A DNA stretch of 64,000 nucleotides. Source: an uncultured Gemmatimonadales bacterium (GTDB lineage Bacteria > Gemmatimonadota > Gemmatimonadetes > Gemmatimonadales > GWC2-71-9). The number at the start of each line of letters is the position of its first letter. Position 1 is the stretch's first letter. Where the stretch lies: NCBI GenBank assembly GCA_963821525.1, contig CAWGED010000005.1:1152001-1216000 (forward strand), given 5' to 3'. Both the position numbers and the translations under genes were made by a program. A model generated the notes under the pieces. The model did no database searches. It was not told the DNA's origin and saw nothing but the letters and a program-made list of their open reading frames with translations. Positions 20,666-30,774 of the stretch are shown piece by piece.

Positions 20666-21852
20666 GCACCGGGACAGCGCCACGGGATCCAGTCTGGCGA
20701 CCGCCTGGCTTGGTTACCTCACTCTAGTAACGCTCCTCGTCACCCTGGCGCCCTATGAATTCCGGGAACCCAACCGGGTAATCATCTCGCTAGGAATCAA
20801 TGCGGAGGATGTTCTTGCCAATATCCTGCTGTTCGTGCCGCTGGGTTTTCTCACGCGCCTCACTCTGGGCCCAAGGCGAGGCAATCCCCTCCTCGTATTT
20901 GGCCTGGGAGTGGTCCTAAGCGGGCTGATCGAAACCTGTCAGATTTTCCTGCCCGGAAGGTTCGCCTCTCCGATCGATGTGATGAACAATTCGCTGGGAG
21001 CCTTGTTCGGTGCCTTGCTGCTGGAGGGTATCGAACACCGAATTCAGCTCACTCCCGGGATGGTGGACCGCCTAGCGCTCGAACTGCCGATGATGGGGCT
21101 GCCCTATCTGCTGGTACCGCTGCTCTGGGTGAGCAGTTTCGCCAGCAGGAACCAGCCGGGCCGCTGGATGTTGACCACATTCATCGGCTTTGTCGGCGCC
21201 GCGTGTACTCTCGAGCGTCCATCGCCACCGCTTCGGACCCGCGGGAGCGATCAGCGCTTCCGGAACCGCCTTGGTTGCAGCACTGGGGTTCCTGGTCGGG
21301 GCATTTCCGGGATTCGTGGTGGACCCCGTCTTGCTGGCGCTGAGCACGACTGCGGTGGCGCTCGTGACTGGCCTGCTGTCCCTGATCCCCGGCCGAACCG
21401 GAACTGGCGACCGACGATTCGAAGCAGCAGAGCTCAATCGGATCATTCCGGCGTTCTTACTCTACCTCCTCTTGCTTGCTGTGTGGCCGCCGACGCCGGA
21501 TTCCGCAAGGTGGACTCCGGAATGGGGGCTGGTGCCGGAACTGGATCACGTCTCGACCGACGAGGTCATGAGCCTTCTCGAGTACATCGCGGGCTTTACC
21601 CTGCTCGGCTATGCCCTCGCCGCGCGGCGGGGCCGTCGCGAGGAGCCCACAGGTATCCTAGTGTCCCGCACGGCCCTCCTCGGGGCCGCATGTGCCGGGC
21701 TTCTGGAATTGGCCTCCGCATTTCACGCCGGAAGCAGAGGAAGTGGACTGAGACTAGCAATGTCGATCGTCGCTGCGGGATATGGGGCGAGGTTGTATGC
21801 GGCCCAGCGCGCCCACATCAGGAATGTGCTTTGGGCGGGTCGTGAAAGTTGA
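20658..21852 (+). CDS. VanZ-family membrane protein (frameshift near 21200)
   Basis: DVLANILLFVPLGF...IETCQIFLPGRFASPIDVMNNSLGA VanZ motif. The hydrophobic C-half continues in ORF 21190-21852. Confidence 0.72.
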
Positions 21853-21872
21853 GCCTCAAGCGAGGGCTGGGG

Positions 21873-22795
21873 TCACCCTCGTGGATGGAACTGGCGGTGT
21901 ACCGACCGGAGATATTCGCGGTCCACGTGGGTGTAGATCTGGGTAGTGGATAGATCTGCGTGCCCCAGCATCTCCTGCACCGCGCGCAGATCAGCCCCAC
22001 CCTCCAGCAAATGAGTCGCGAAGCTGTGCCGCAGGGTGTGGGTCGTGACCCGCTTGCGGATCCCCGCGTCTCGCGCCCGGGCCTTCACGATGCCCCAGGC
22101 TCCTACCCGAGAGAGCGGCTCGCCCCGCGCGTTGAGCAGTACCCGGTCCCTGGTCTTGCCGCGGTCGAGCCCGGGCCGGATTTGGTGAAGGTAGACGGAA
22201 ACCGCTCCGATCACCTTCCGACCGACCGGGACCAGCCGCTCCTTGGAACCCTTACCCAGAACGCGAACCAGGCCTTCGTTGAGCCAGAGGTTGTTCAGCG
22301 TAAGACCGCACAACTCGGAGACCCGCAGTCCGGCGCCGTACCCAAGCTCCAGGAGGGCTCGGTCCCTCCACGCCAAAGGCTCCTCGACGCGAGCGGCGGC
22401 AAGGATGGCCTCCATGTCCGGCACAGTGAGCGTATCGGGAAGTTTCCGTCCTCGTTGCGGAGTCTCGAGCCGGTCGGAGGGATCCACAGACACAAGCCCT
22501 TCGCCGACGAGGAAACCGAAGTAGGTCCGCACGGCAGAAACCTGACGCCGAATCGTAGCCGCGCTGAGGCCGAGGTCTTTCAAGGCGAAAACGAAATCGC
22601 GCAAAAGCGCCCGGGAGATTCCCGATGGACCGCTGACCTTACGCCCACCGCGTATTGGGCCAGACGGTGGAGATCCCGCAGGTAGTTCTCGACGGTGTTG
22701 GCGCTGCTGCCGGCCTCGAAGCTCAGGTAGTCCCGAAACCGGTCCAGGTAGAATTGGCGGTCTAAGTCGGGCGGTCGTTTCAGGGTACGCCTCAA
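21873..22795 (-). CDS. xerD: tyrosine recombinase XerD (1-nt deletion near 22645)
   Basis: N-part RFRDYLSFEAGSSANTVENYLRDL. C-part GLRVSE, GKGSKER, HTLRHSFATHLLEGGADLRAVQEMLGHADLSTTQIYTHV. The frames join if one G is added to a G run. Confidence 0.88.
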
Positions 22796-22804
22796 AATGA
22801 ATCG

Positions 22805-22852
22805 TGTGTCAGCGAAATTCGACTAGACTGTGTCGGCGAAATTCGACTGGAC
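22805..22852. repeat. tandem 24-bp direct repeat (2 copies), candidate operator
   Basis: TGTGTCAGCGAAATTCGACTAGAC / TGTGTCGGCGAAATTCGACTGGAC, 22/24 identical. Confidence 0.85.
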
Positions 22853-22974
22853 TCTGAATGGCGGACCCGCATATTCGATTGGTTATGACAATTTGACCCC
22901 AAACCCACCTCAAATGATTCCACCATCGTGACTTAATAGATAGTCGAGGCAGAAATACTCTGCAGGAGGGTCAA

Positions 22975-24681
22975 GTGAACCGTCGTACCATCGTTCTTGT
23001 TGCTGCCGCTGTCGTGCTTGGCGGATGTATGAGCGAGAACGAACCTACCGCCCCCGCGTCGCAGGTGCCCGACGCAGCCCTTCCCATTGGCGCCGTCCCG
23101 AACCGCTACATCATCACCCTCCGGCAAGGCAGCCGGGACATTCAGTCGGAGGCAGCCCGGCTGAGCAAGGATCATCGCGGGAGGGTGACGGCGGTCTACG
23201 AAACCGCCCTGCGCGGCTTCGCGGTGGAGATGCAGCCGTCCGACATCGCGGAACTGCGAAAAGACCGTGATGTGGCCGCCATCGAGCCCGATCAGATCGT
23301 GACCATTTCGGGAACTCAATCCCCTGCACCGTCCTGGGGTCTGGATCGGATAGACCAGCGCAACCTGCCGCTCAGCCACAGCTACACCGTCGGACCCAGT
23401 GGCAGCGGGGTACACGTCTACATCATCGACACCGGAATCCTGCGCACCCACGTGGACTTCGGAGGGCGCGCGGTATTCGGCTTCGATGCGATCCAGGATG
23501 GCAACGGCATGACCGATTGCCACGGCCATGGCACTCACGTCGCCGGAACAGTGGGAGGGGCGACCTACGGGATTGCCAAGGCGGTGAAGCTTCACGCGGT
23601 CCGAGTGCTCGATTGCACCGGGTCCGGTCTGATCTCTCAGGTCATCGCCGGGGTCAACTGGGTGACGTCACACCGGATCAAGCCGGCGGTCGCCAACATG
23701 AGCCTGGGGGGCGGTTTCTCACAGGCGTTGAACACCGCGGTTGCCAATTCCATCAAGGCTGGTGTCAGCTACACGATCGCCGCGGGCAACAGTAACCTCG
23801 ACGCGTGCACGGTGTCCCCGGCGAGCACTCCGGCGGCGATCACGGTCGCAGCCTCGGACAGCAACGACGTGCGGGCCAGCTTCTCCAACCTGGGCACCTG
23901 TGTGGACCTGTTTGGACCCGGTGTCGCGATCAAGTCCGACTGGAACGCCAGCAATACCGCCACCATGGTGTTGAGCGGAACCTCCATGGCTGCTCCCCAC
24001 GCCGCGGGTGTCGTGGCACTCTATCTCCAGACCCACCCGACGGCCACGCCAACCAACGTCCGGTATGCTCTTGCCAGCACCGCAACCGGGGGCCCCATCG
24101 CCAGCGCCGGAATCGGGACGCCGAATCTGCTGCTCTTCACCGGGCTGTTCGGTACCACTCCGGGCAACTTGCCGCCGCTCGCCAAGTTCGACTTCACCTG
24201 CACGGCTCTGGGATGCGACTTCGACGCGAGGTCCTCTCAGGACGATCAGGGAGTCGTTTCACAGAGCTGGGCCTTCGGCGACGGGGCCAACGGCTCGGGC
24301 ATCCAGCCGCATCACAATTATGCCGCCGGGGGAACCATCACCGCCCGGCTGACAGTTCAGGACGGGAGCGGCCTGACCAGCTCGCTGACCAAGACGTTTA
24401 CGCTGCCCGCTGCCGGTGGGCGCGCCGGGAATCCTCCGGTCGCGAACTTTACGGCGTTCCCCAGTGGTGGGACCGTGGAGTATGACGCTTCGTCCTCGAC
24501 CGACGATGTCGGGATCGGGAGCTACAAGTGGGACTTTGGAGATGGCAAGTCGGGTAGCGGAAAGCTGGTGACCCACGTCTACTCGGCACCAAACCAGTTC
24601 TACACGGTCACGTTGACGGTGTTTGACCTGGCGGGACAGAGTTCGCAGAAGTCGTTTCAGGTGTTCCCGAACTCGCACTGA
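22975..24681 (+). CDS. S8 subtilisin (proteinase K/aqualysin type) lipoprotein with I9 prodomain and two PKD domains
   Basis: Lipobox LGGC, SWGLDRIDQR, triad IIDTG / HGTHVAG / GTSMAAPH, PKD motifs WAFGDG and WDFGDG. Confidence 0.94.
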   Translation: MNRRTIVLVAAAVVLGGCMSENEPTAPASQVPDAALPIGAVPNRYIITLRQGSRDIQSEAARLSKDHRGRVTAVYETALRGFAVEMQPSDIAELRKDRDVAAIEPDQIVTISGTQSPAPSWGLDRIDQRNLPLSHSYTVGPSGSGVHVYIIDTGILRTHVDFGGRAVFGFDAIQDGNGMTDCHGHGTHVAGTVGGATYGIAKAVKLHAVRVLDCTGSGLISQVIAGVNWVTSHRIKPAVANMSLGGGFSQALNTAVANSIKAGVSYTIAAGNSNLDACTVSPASTPAAITVAASDSNDVRASFSNLGTCVDLFGPGVAIKSDWNASNTATMVLSGTSMAAPHAAGVVALYLQTHPTATPTNVRYALASTATGGPIASAGIGTPNLLLFTGLFGTTPGNLPPLAKFDFTCTALGCDFDARSSQDDQGVVSQSWAFGDGANGSGIQPHHNYAAGGTITARLTVQDGSGLTSSLTKTFTLPAAGGRAGNPPVANFTAFPSGGTVEYDASSSTDDVGIGSYKWDFGDGKSGSGKLVTHVYSAPNQFYTVTLTVFDLAGQSSQKSFQVFPNSH

Positions 24682-25711
24682 CCCGGCGGCGGGCCTCCGT
24701 GAGGTCATCGGGGGTCATGCCGAGCAGGTCGGCGGCGCGGTGCATCAGCCGGTTCTCATGCCGGCTGATGACGCCGTCGGAAGAGACGATCCGCAGCAGG
24801 AGATCGGCCAGCTCGAGGCGCGCCGCCAGGTCGTAACGCTCCGTGAGCAATGTGCGAAGCTCGGCCGTGTCTTTCAGCGTCGAGGTGTCGGCGCCTTCGG
24901 CAGGCTCATATGACGGCTCGGCGAGGCTCCACTCAGAGCGTAATCGCGCCTCGATCGCGAGCAGGTCTTCTCGCGGAATCTGCTTGTCTCCCTGAGCCAA
25001 CTCGAACAAGACGGTCGCGGCCCCGGCAGAGGCAGTTGGGTCCTTACCGCCGGCGCCGGCCCGCGCCAGAGCCTCCTGGAACCGGCTCCGAAGTCGGTCA
25101 TGGCGAGTGCGCCGGCGGCGGAGCAGCATCCAGAGAACCAGCCCCAGCAGCAGCAGGCCGCCGATGATCGCCAGGGTGCGGTTGAGACGGGAGACGAGGT
25201 GGTTGATCGCCTCCCATTCCTCACCCAGCTGGACTCCGACGTAGACCAGGAATCCGTACCAGAGTGAGGCGGCCGCCGCGATCGGGATCAGCGTCTTGGC
25301 CGGCGAGAGATTCGCCAATCCGGCAAAGGGGGCAACGAACGAGCGAAAGCCCGGCAGGAGCCGGCTGATGAAGATTCCGGCGATTCCGAACCGCAGGTAC
25401 TCCCGCTCCATCCACACAACTGCGGCCGGAGGCAGCAGCCGGCGCCCCGTACGGGTCGAGAGAAACGCAGGACCGAACCTCCGGGCTATACCGTAGACCG
25501 CAATCGTCCCGAGCAGGTTCACCCCGATGGTGATTCCGAAGACCGCCCAAGGATCAATGACGCCGTTATGGCTCAGGAAGGCGCCCAAAGCCACGATCAC
25601 GTCGCAGGGGGCAGGCGGAAAGAAATTCTCCACGAACGCCGCGAGGGCGATGATGGAGTAGACCGCTAGCGGCGACAGCTCGGTCAGACTCTGCAGGAAC
25701 TGCTCGATCAG
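24608..25711 (-). CDS. DedA-family protein fused to a C-terminal TerB-like domain
   Basis: FVENFFPPAPCD and SRLLPGFRS DedA motifs. C-terminal LFELAQGDKQI...RIVSSDGVISRHE...ADLLG is TerB-like. The frame stays open upstream to CTG at 25711; start uncertain. Confidence 0.78.
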   Translation of the reverse strand: MIEQFLQSLTELSPLAVYSIIALAAFVENFFPPAPCDVIVALGAFLSHNGVIDPWAVFGITIGVNLLGTIAVYGIARRFGPAFLSTRTGRRLLPPAAVVWMEREYLRFGIAGIFISRLLPGFRSFVAPFAGLANLSPAKTLIPIAAAASLWYGFLVYVGVQLGEEWEAINHLVSRLNRTLAIIGGLLLLGLVLWMLLRRRRTRHDRLRSRFQEALARAGAGGKDPTASAGAATVLFELAQGDKQIPREDLLAIEARLRSEWSLAEPSYEPAEGADTSTLKDTAELRTLLTERYDLAARLELADLLLRIVSSDGVISRHENRLMHRAADLLGMTPDDLTEARRRVSASSGTPETTSANSVPPGQTPST

Positions 25712-26223
25712 AACGCCTCCACCGTCGCCACCGCAATGACGGCGACGCCCTCGCCCCGCCCGATGAATCCCATCCCCTCGTTGGTCTTCCCCTTAATCGA
25801 AAGGGCCGAAGGTGGTATCCCGGTGGCCGCGCTCAAAGTGGCGATCATGGCCGGCGCGTGCGGTCCGATCCTGGGTTGTTCTGCGATCACCGTGACATCG
25901 GCCTGGACCGGGCGGAAGCCCCGGCCACGGACCATTTCACAGGCGGTGCGGAGCAAGCCGATGGAATCGGCGTCTTTCCATTGAGGATGGTTGTCGGGGA
26001 AGAGTTTGCCGATGTCACCCGAAGCCGCTGCGCCCAGGATGGCGTCAGTGAGCGCGTGGGCCACCGCGTCGGCGTCGGAATGACCTTCCAGTCCCAATTC
26101 GGATGGAATCCGTTGTCCGCCCAGGATGAGAAGCCGGCCGGGCACCAGGCGGTGCGAGTCATACCCGATTCCCACCCGGATCGCAGGCAGACTCACGGGT
26201 GGCCGGTCTTCCTCCTCGGTCAC
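25708..26223 (-). CDS. ispF: 2-C-methyl-D-erythritol 2,4-cyclodiphosphate synthase
   Basis: GIGYDSH, GHSDAD, GDIG, KGKTNEGMG motifs. Confidence 0.96.
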   Translation of the reverse strand: MTEEEDRPPVSLPAIRVGIGYDSHRLVPGRLLILGGQRIPSELGLEGHSDADAVAHALTDAILGAAASGDIGKLFPDNHPQWKDADSIGLLRTACEMVRGRGFRPVQADVTVIAEQPRIGPHAPAMIATLSAATGIPPSALSIKGKTNEGMGFIGRGEGVAVIAVATVEAF

Positions 26224-27276
26224 GCCGCCACCATCTCCTCGATGACGGAATAGTCCTGCCGCCGGCGGCGGGCCGTGAACCCGGCATCCCGGATGATCCG
26301 CTCCATTTCCTGCACCGTCGTGCGGTAGGTGGTCCCGGCGGAAGAGACGACGTTTTCCTCCATCATCAGGCTGCCGTAGTCGTTGGCGCCGAAGCGAAGC
26401 GCCACCTGTCCCACCTTGTGCCCCATGGTTACCCAGGAGGACTGCAGGTTCGGAACGTTGTCACAGATGATCCGCCCCATCGCCAGGGTGCGCAGGTAAG
26501 TCACCGCATCGGTCTTGGGCTGGTCGGCCATCTCGGTGCCATCAGGCTGTAGCGGCCAGCAGATGAAGGCAGTGAAGCCTCCGGTACGCGCTTGAAGCTC
26601 CCGGACGCGGAACAGGTGCTCGATGCGGTCGGCATTACTCTCGCCGAGGCCGTACATCATGGTGACCGAGGTCTTCATTCCCTGCTTGTGGGCTTCTTCC
26701 TGGACTCCGAGCCATTCCTCGGTCTGGGCCTTCTTCCTGGCGACCCGTTCGCGGACGGTGTCTACCAGGATCTCGCCGCCGCCGCCCGGAATCGAATCGA
26801 GGCCCGCCTCGCGGAGCTCGACGAACCACCTCCGACACCGGCATCCGGAAGCGCTCGCTGAAGAACACCACCTCACTGGGCGAAAATCCGTGAATGTGAA
26901 TGGGATGGTGCTGCTTGATGTATCGCATGAGGTCCAGATACCACTCGAACGGGATGTACGGATTGTGCCCGCCCTGAAGCAGGATCTGAACTCCACCAAT
27001 GGCCTTGCACTCGTCTACCTTCGCCCCGATCTGCTCGAAGCTCAGCACGTAGCCTTCGTTGTGCTTGGGCCGCCGGTAGAACGCGCAGAACTTGCAGTCG
27101 GCGACGCAGACGTTGGTGTAATTGATATTGCGGTCGATGATGTAGGTGACCGTGTTCTCCGGATGGTGGCGCCACCGCTCGGCGTCGGCCAGGCGACCCA
27201 GCTCGAGCAGATCGGCTTTCTCGTAGAGCTCGAGATAGTCTCTGAATTCGCTGGAGTCGCGATCAACGGTCGTCAT
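26220..27276 (-). CDS. mqnC: cyclic dehypoxanthine futalosine synthase (frameshift near 26820)
   Basis: YIIDRNINYTNVCVADCKFCAF radical-SAM motif. C-part GLDSIPGGGGEIL, GFTAFICW, FGANDYGSLMMEENVV. Confidence 0.9.
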
Positions 27277-27286
27277 GGGATCCGCC

Positions 27287-28126
27287 TCAGGCGGCCGTGA
27301 TGAAGGAGAGGGAGCCATCGGGGACCAGACCATCCTGGGCCAGTCGGCGGAAGAAATCGGTGAGCCCTGCCAGGTGCCGGTAGGAAAGGGCGTAATCGAG
27401 GTCGTCGAGATAATCCCGGCATACCTGTTCCGTAACCCCGCTTCCTCGCGCCGCATCACGGGCCAGCTCGTCGAGGTGTTCCAGTCCCCACGCGCGGGAA
27501 CGGATCAGCCCAGCGTGGACCTGCTGGACCAGGCCAAGTTGCGCATCACGCCGTGCGGCCCACACCGCGAAAACGAACGGAAGGCCGGTCCAGGCTTTCC
27601 ATTCGGATCCGAGATCTACCCGCTCTCGGTAACCGTGACGGGCGCCCAGCATCAGAGCGGCATCGCCGATGACCAGCACCGCGTCATGAGGCAGTCCCTG
27701 CAGGGACTCGAGGTCTCCGGCCTCCGCTCGCGCGGTAGCGAAGTGGGGTCTGATTCCCCAGCGGTGACGGCAGAACAGCTCCAGTAAGAGAACGCTGGTT
27801 CGGGAGGAGGCGGAGAGGAGAATGGTCCTCCCATCCAGCTCCTTGATCGGGCGGCGGGAGAACAATGCCACGCTGTGCACCGGGCCATCGCAGGAGATGG
27901 CGAGATCGGGGAGCAGCTGGTACGCCGCGGCGTTGCGGGCGTATTCAACTGCTGACACGACACTCACGTCCAGCGCGCCAGCCGCCAGCAGATCGTTCAG
28001 CTCGGAGGCTGTTCCAGTGACGCAGGCGGCGGGAACCCGCTCCAGGCCGCGGTCGATCGCGCCATAGATCGGATAGCAGTTGATCCAGGGGATCCTGCCG
28101 AGCCGCAGCGAAGGAGCAGTCGTCAC
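27287..28126 (-). CDS. mqnA: chorismate dehydratase
   Basis: LGRIPWINCYP, SRTSV, IGDAAL, DLGSEWKAWTGLPFVFAVW motifs. Confidence 0.93.
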   Translation of the reverse strand: MTTAPSLRLGRIPWINCYPIYGAIDRGLERVPAACVTGTASELNDLLAAGALDVSVVSAVEYARNAAAYQLLPDLAISCDGPVHSVALFSRRPIKELDGRTILLSASSRTSVLLLELFCRHRWGIRPHFATARAEAGDLESLQGLPHDAVLVIGDAALMLGARHGYRERVDLGSEWKAWTGLPFVFAVWAARRDAQLGLVQQVHAGLIRSRAWGLEHLDELARDAARGSGVTEQVCRDYLDDLDYALSYRHLAGLTDFFRRLAQDGLVPDGSLSFITAA

Positions 28127-29316
28127 GCGGCGTGTACCACTGGAGCGTGGGCGCCGAGGCCGAGGGGGCGATCAGGTGGTGTCTCGTCGAAGGTCTCGCG
28201 CACTGGCTGATAGAGGCTGTCCCGCTCCACCGGGCGCTTGCCCGCGCCCCGAATCAGACGCACCAGCTCGAAATACGGCATGTGCATCTGGGTCTGGGCG
28301 CCGGCCTCGTGATAGATCCGCTCGTAGACCACGGTGCCCTCGACGTCGTCGCAACCGAAGCTCAGCGCGAGCTGCGACAGGAAGGGCGTCACCATGGGCC
28401 AATGGGTCTTAACGTGCGGAATGTTGTCCACAAAGAGTCGCGCGACAGCGATGTTCTTGAGGTCCTGGTAACCGGTGGTGGCGGTTCCCACCCGGCCCAG
28501 CTCCTCACCCAGTTCGTTGTGATCCGGGTGGTAGGCCAGCGGAATGAAGGTGAGGAACCCGCCAGTTTCGTCTTGCAGGACACGCAACGCTTCAAGGTGC
28601 TCCACCCGATCCGCCGCGGTCTCCACGTGTCCGTAGAGCATGGTGCAGTTGGTAGGAATGCCGAGCTCGTGGGCAGTGCGGTGGACCCGAAGCCACTCCT
28701 GCCCCGTGAGCTTGCGCTCGGCGATGGTGGCCCGAACTGCTGTGCTGAATACCTCCGCACCCCCGCCAGGAAGGCTGGTCAATCCCGCCTCCCGCATCGC
28801 GGTGAGCACCTCGCGCTCGGAGACCTTTTCGATTCTCGCGAGGTGGGCGATCTCGACGGCGGTGAGCGCCTTGATATGAACGGAGGGGTGACGCTCCTTG
28901 AGTCCCCGGATCATGTCGGTGTAGTAGCTAAGCCGGAGCTTGGGGTGCAGCCCGCCGACGATGTGGAACTCGCGGGTCGGTGTCCCATGCGCCTGATCGG
29001 CCTCCGCGTAAACCTCCTCCAGCGAGCGGGTGTAGGCTCCGTCTTCCCGCGGCATCCTTGCGAAGGAGCAGAAGGTGCACGTGTTCCGCAGGACGCAGAC
29101 GTTGGTGGGATTGATATGCTGATTGGCGGAGAAGAAGACCCGGTCACCGTTTTTCAGCTCGTTGGCGTGGGCCGCGAGAGTCCCGAGCCCCAGCAGATCG
29201 GCTGTTTCGTAGAGCGCCAAGGCATCACAGCGATCCAGGCGCTCGGACTTGAGCACCTTTTCCGCGATGGGACGGAGGGCTGGGTCCTGGATGGTGGCCG
29301 GGTCGAGGCCGGGCAT
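28123..29316 (-). CDS. mqnE: aminofutalosine synthase
   Basis: HINPTNVCVLRNTCTFCSF, HIVGGLHP, SLPGGGAE, TMLYGHVE, FIPLAYHP motifs; adjacent to mqnA and mqnC. Confidence 0.9.
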   Translation of the reverse strand: MPGLDPATIQDPALRPIAEKVLKSERLDRCDALALYETADLLGLGTLAAHANELKNGDRVFFSANQHINPTNVCVLRNTCTFCSFARMPREDGAYTRSLEEVYAEADQAHGTPTREFHIVGGLHPKLRLSYYTDMIRGLKERHPSVHIKALTAVEIAHLARIEKVSEREVLTAMREAGLTSLPGGGAEVFSTAVRATIAERKLTGQEWLRVHRTAHELGIPTNCTMLYGHVETAADRVEHLEALRVLQDETGGFLTFIPLAYHPDHNELGEELGRVGTATTGYQDLKNIAVARLFVDNIPHVKTHWPMVTPFLSQLALSFGCDDVEGTVVYERIYHEAGAQTQMHMPYFELVRLIRGAGKRPVERDSLYQPVRETFDETPPDRPLGLGAHAPVVHAA

Positions 29317-29420
29317 GCTGTCTCCCGAGAAGCGATGAGCTAGGAGACGGGAATATAAGGGGTTAGACACAGCTTGCCGAGTGCGCTGACGCTCGAGGAA
29401 ATGGCGCTGCACCGGTCCGA

Positions 29421-30709
29421 TCATGGTGCTGGGAGCAGATCAAACTCCCAGATCGGCGCCGGCTCTCCCTGGCTCACCACGAACAGCGTCCCCGTCACTT
29501 CGTCCAGCGCGAGCCCCGCCTGAAAGAGATGATTGGCCCCGCAGGATGAGCACGCCGTGGCCGGGGTCGCCGCCAGGTGACCGACGAGGTTGAGGTTGGA
29601 GGCATCGAAGACAAGGACCTCGGGAATGCTGTCGGTCATCGCCCCCACGAAGATCCGCGACTCATCCGCGCTCAGCACCAGGCCCGCCATCGAGACCGCG
29701 ACTGGGGGTCCTCCGCTCGCCAGAATTGCCCCGGTGGCGGCGTTCACCTTCAAAATCTTCCCTCCAGGAGGTAAGGCCTCCCCCACGACAAAGAGGGTCG
29801 AGCCGTCACTGGTGAATGCGGAGCCATGCGGCCCCACTGGTAACCGGTACACGGTGTCGCCGGTCGACATTTGGAAAACCGGAGCCCCCCCAACAGCGGT
29901 GAAGCTCGAGTTCATCACGGCGCGATCCGCCGCCTGGGAGAGCGCGATCCCCCACGGGTCTTCCTGCGATACCACGATGTCTGGGGCTCCTGAGCGCCGC
30001 ACCGTCGTCTGGTGATTGCTGGAGAAGAGCCAGACCTGGTTCGCGAGCCGATGGGCTGTCCTGGAGAAGATCACCGCGGGAACCGTGTCCGAATAGGCGA
30101 GGGTTGGCCAGACCTGCCAGTCGCCCAACGCCCCGGTACTGTCCCGCAGAATCAAGTGTCCCGACTGATAGCTGGCACCAACACCGTGCGTGTTGCCCAG
30201 CCACGGAGCCTGCACTCCTGTCTCCACAGCCGTCTCTGCCGTGCGCAGATCGACGAGGGAAATGCTTCCCTGGGTCGGCTGGTTGAAGGTGCTGGAGATC
30301 GCCACCGGGGCGCCGTTCGCGGCGGTGTCGATCAGCGGCTCCCAGAGGAAACCGGGCGTGGCGAAGTTCCGGGTACGAAAGCCGGAGACGTGAATGACAC
30401 CCAGGGTGTACTGCTTGCCCCCGTCCGAGACCTGTATCGTGGCATCCACGCTCGGCAAGGCGGGTAGCGTGGCCGTCACGGTGGTGTCGTCTTGGCGGAT
30501 GAGGGTCATCGCGATCCCTTCCGCCATAATTGTCGGGAGCGCGCCCGAGCGGTCAAACAGACCGGATCGAATCGTGAGGTTTCCCCGCTCCATTGCTGCG
30601 TCGGGGCGACCTGGAAGGTTGGCGGACTGGGCTCGGAGCTCTCGCTGCAAGCGGCGATGCTCAAGAGGACCAAGGCGGCCATCCGGAAATGGTGCATGGA
30701 GCGGCTCAT
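29421..30709 (-). CDS. hypothetical lipoprotein, beta-propeller-like (frameshift near 30575)
   Basis: Lipobox IAAC in ORF 30506-30751. Blade-like repeats (PWGIALS, PHGSAFTSDGSTLFV, LVLSADESRIFV, LALDEVTGTLFV) in ORF 29421-30650. Confidence 0.65.
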
Positions 30710-30774
30710 TGAGAAGCCGGGCGATGGTTGAGGCTTCACGATCTTACCCAACGAGACGGGCCGGGTGCCACCCC

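Noticed and set aside
22805..22852. Mini-CRISPR array
   Set aside because: Only two abutting copies, no spacer and no cas genes.
22855..22975. Sigma-54 promoter for the protease
   Set aside because: Candidate GG and GC dinucleotides do not have the required 10-nt spacing.
21873..24681. Integrase plus cargo as a mobile element
   Set aside because: The recombinase has the housekeeping XerD signature. No att repeats, transposase or phage genes were seen.
26220..27276. Programmed frameshift or true pseudogene in mqnC and others
   Set aside because: No slippery heptamer was seen at the breaks examined, and the window-wide indel pattern favours sequencing error.
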